64,000 bases of DNA from an uncultured virus (IMG/VR IMGVR_UViG_3300011445_000001) (lineage: Duplodnaviria > Heunggongvirae > Uroviricota > Caudoviricetes): IMG/VR virus record IMGVR_UViG_3300011445_000001. One strand, given 5' to 3'. Each line of letters starts with the position of its first letter. The first letter of the stretch is position 1. This document shows positions 63,848-64,000 of the stretch, piece after piece. The notes below the pieces were generated by a model that was not told the origin of the DNA, did no database searches, and saw only the letters and a program-made list of their open reading frames with translations. A program made the position numbers and the translations under genes.

Positions 63848-64000
63848 CGGCTACCTTTGACAGAACGTCCTTCATGGCCGCCGAAATGGCGTTGCGAAAG
63901 GCTGGGTCCTCGGCAATCCGCTTGCGGGTGCCCTCCTTGCCGTTGATTTTGACCTCGGTGCCGTCTGGCATGATGAACACGAAGAACGAGCTACGCTGCT
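63831..64000 (-). CDS. C-terminus of a possible RecA-like recombinase (partial)
   Basis: QRSSFFVF...KINGKEGTRKRIAEDPAF resembles the RecA C-terminal domain; truncated by the window edge. Confidence 0.4.
   Translation of the reverse strand, partial: QRSSFFVFIMPDGTEVKINGKEGTRKRIAEDPAFRNAISAAMKDVLSKVAGDIPD

Noticed and set aside
44..63860. Numerous plus-strand ORFs up to ~300 aa (e.g. 1137-1949, 12917-13696, 22083-22892, 25563-26363, 44299-45207)
   Set aside because: They lie antisense to well-supported minus-strand genes and have no recognisable motifs; expected shadows in GC-rich DNA
1..64000. tRNA/rRNA genes and stop-codon reassignment
   Set aside because: No cloverleaf recognised in the short intergenic gaps; genes are full-length under the standard code, with TAG, TAA and TGA all used as stops

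Overview
A 64-kb segment of a tailed dsDNA bacteriophage (siphovirus-type, moderately GC-rich). Essentially every gene is on the minus strand. Read in transcription direction (right to left), it contains: a recombination/repair block (RecA-like C-terminus, split SbcC, SbcD); an ECF-like sigma factor with a 19-Cys insert; dCMP deaminase, GH108 endolysin, MazG and a Dam-like methyltransferase; a full virion module (terminase, portal, scaffold, capsid, tail tube, frameshifted chaperone, tape measure, tail tip); an unusual two-cassette fibre module with 20-aa repeat proteins; a DUF5664 dNTP diphosphohydrolase, holin, primase core and exonuclease; an 8-kb glycosylation island with an adenosine deaminase inside it; an S49 lipoprotein peptidase, nucleoside 2-deoxyribosyltransferase-like protein, peptide deformylase and DUF932; a PurZ0-like synthetase; and SNF2 and DnaB helicases. 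The main leads are three. (1) A possible 2-aminoadenine or other modified-purine system with an atypical accessory set, next to heavy glycosylation capacity. (2) A non-coding regulatory code: 6-7 sigma54-type -24/-12 promoters (three apparently leaderless, three with helically phased upstream palindromes), plus a separate GTGTA(A/C)AA-N5-TA motif in front of late genes that may be read by the phage's own Cys-rich sigma factor. (3) A fibre module that may use repeat proteins as length rulers. All assignments come from motifs read by eye; no searches were run. No tRNA, CRISPR, integrase or DNA polymerase was recognised in the window.
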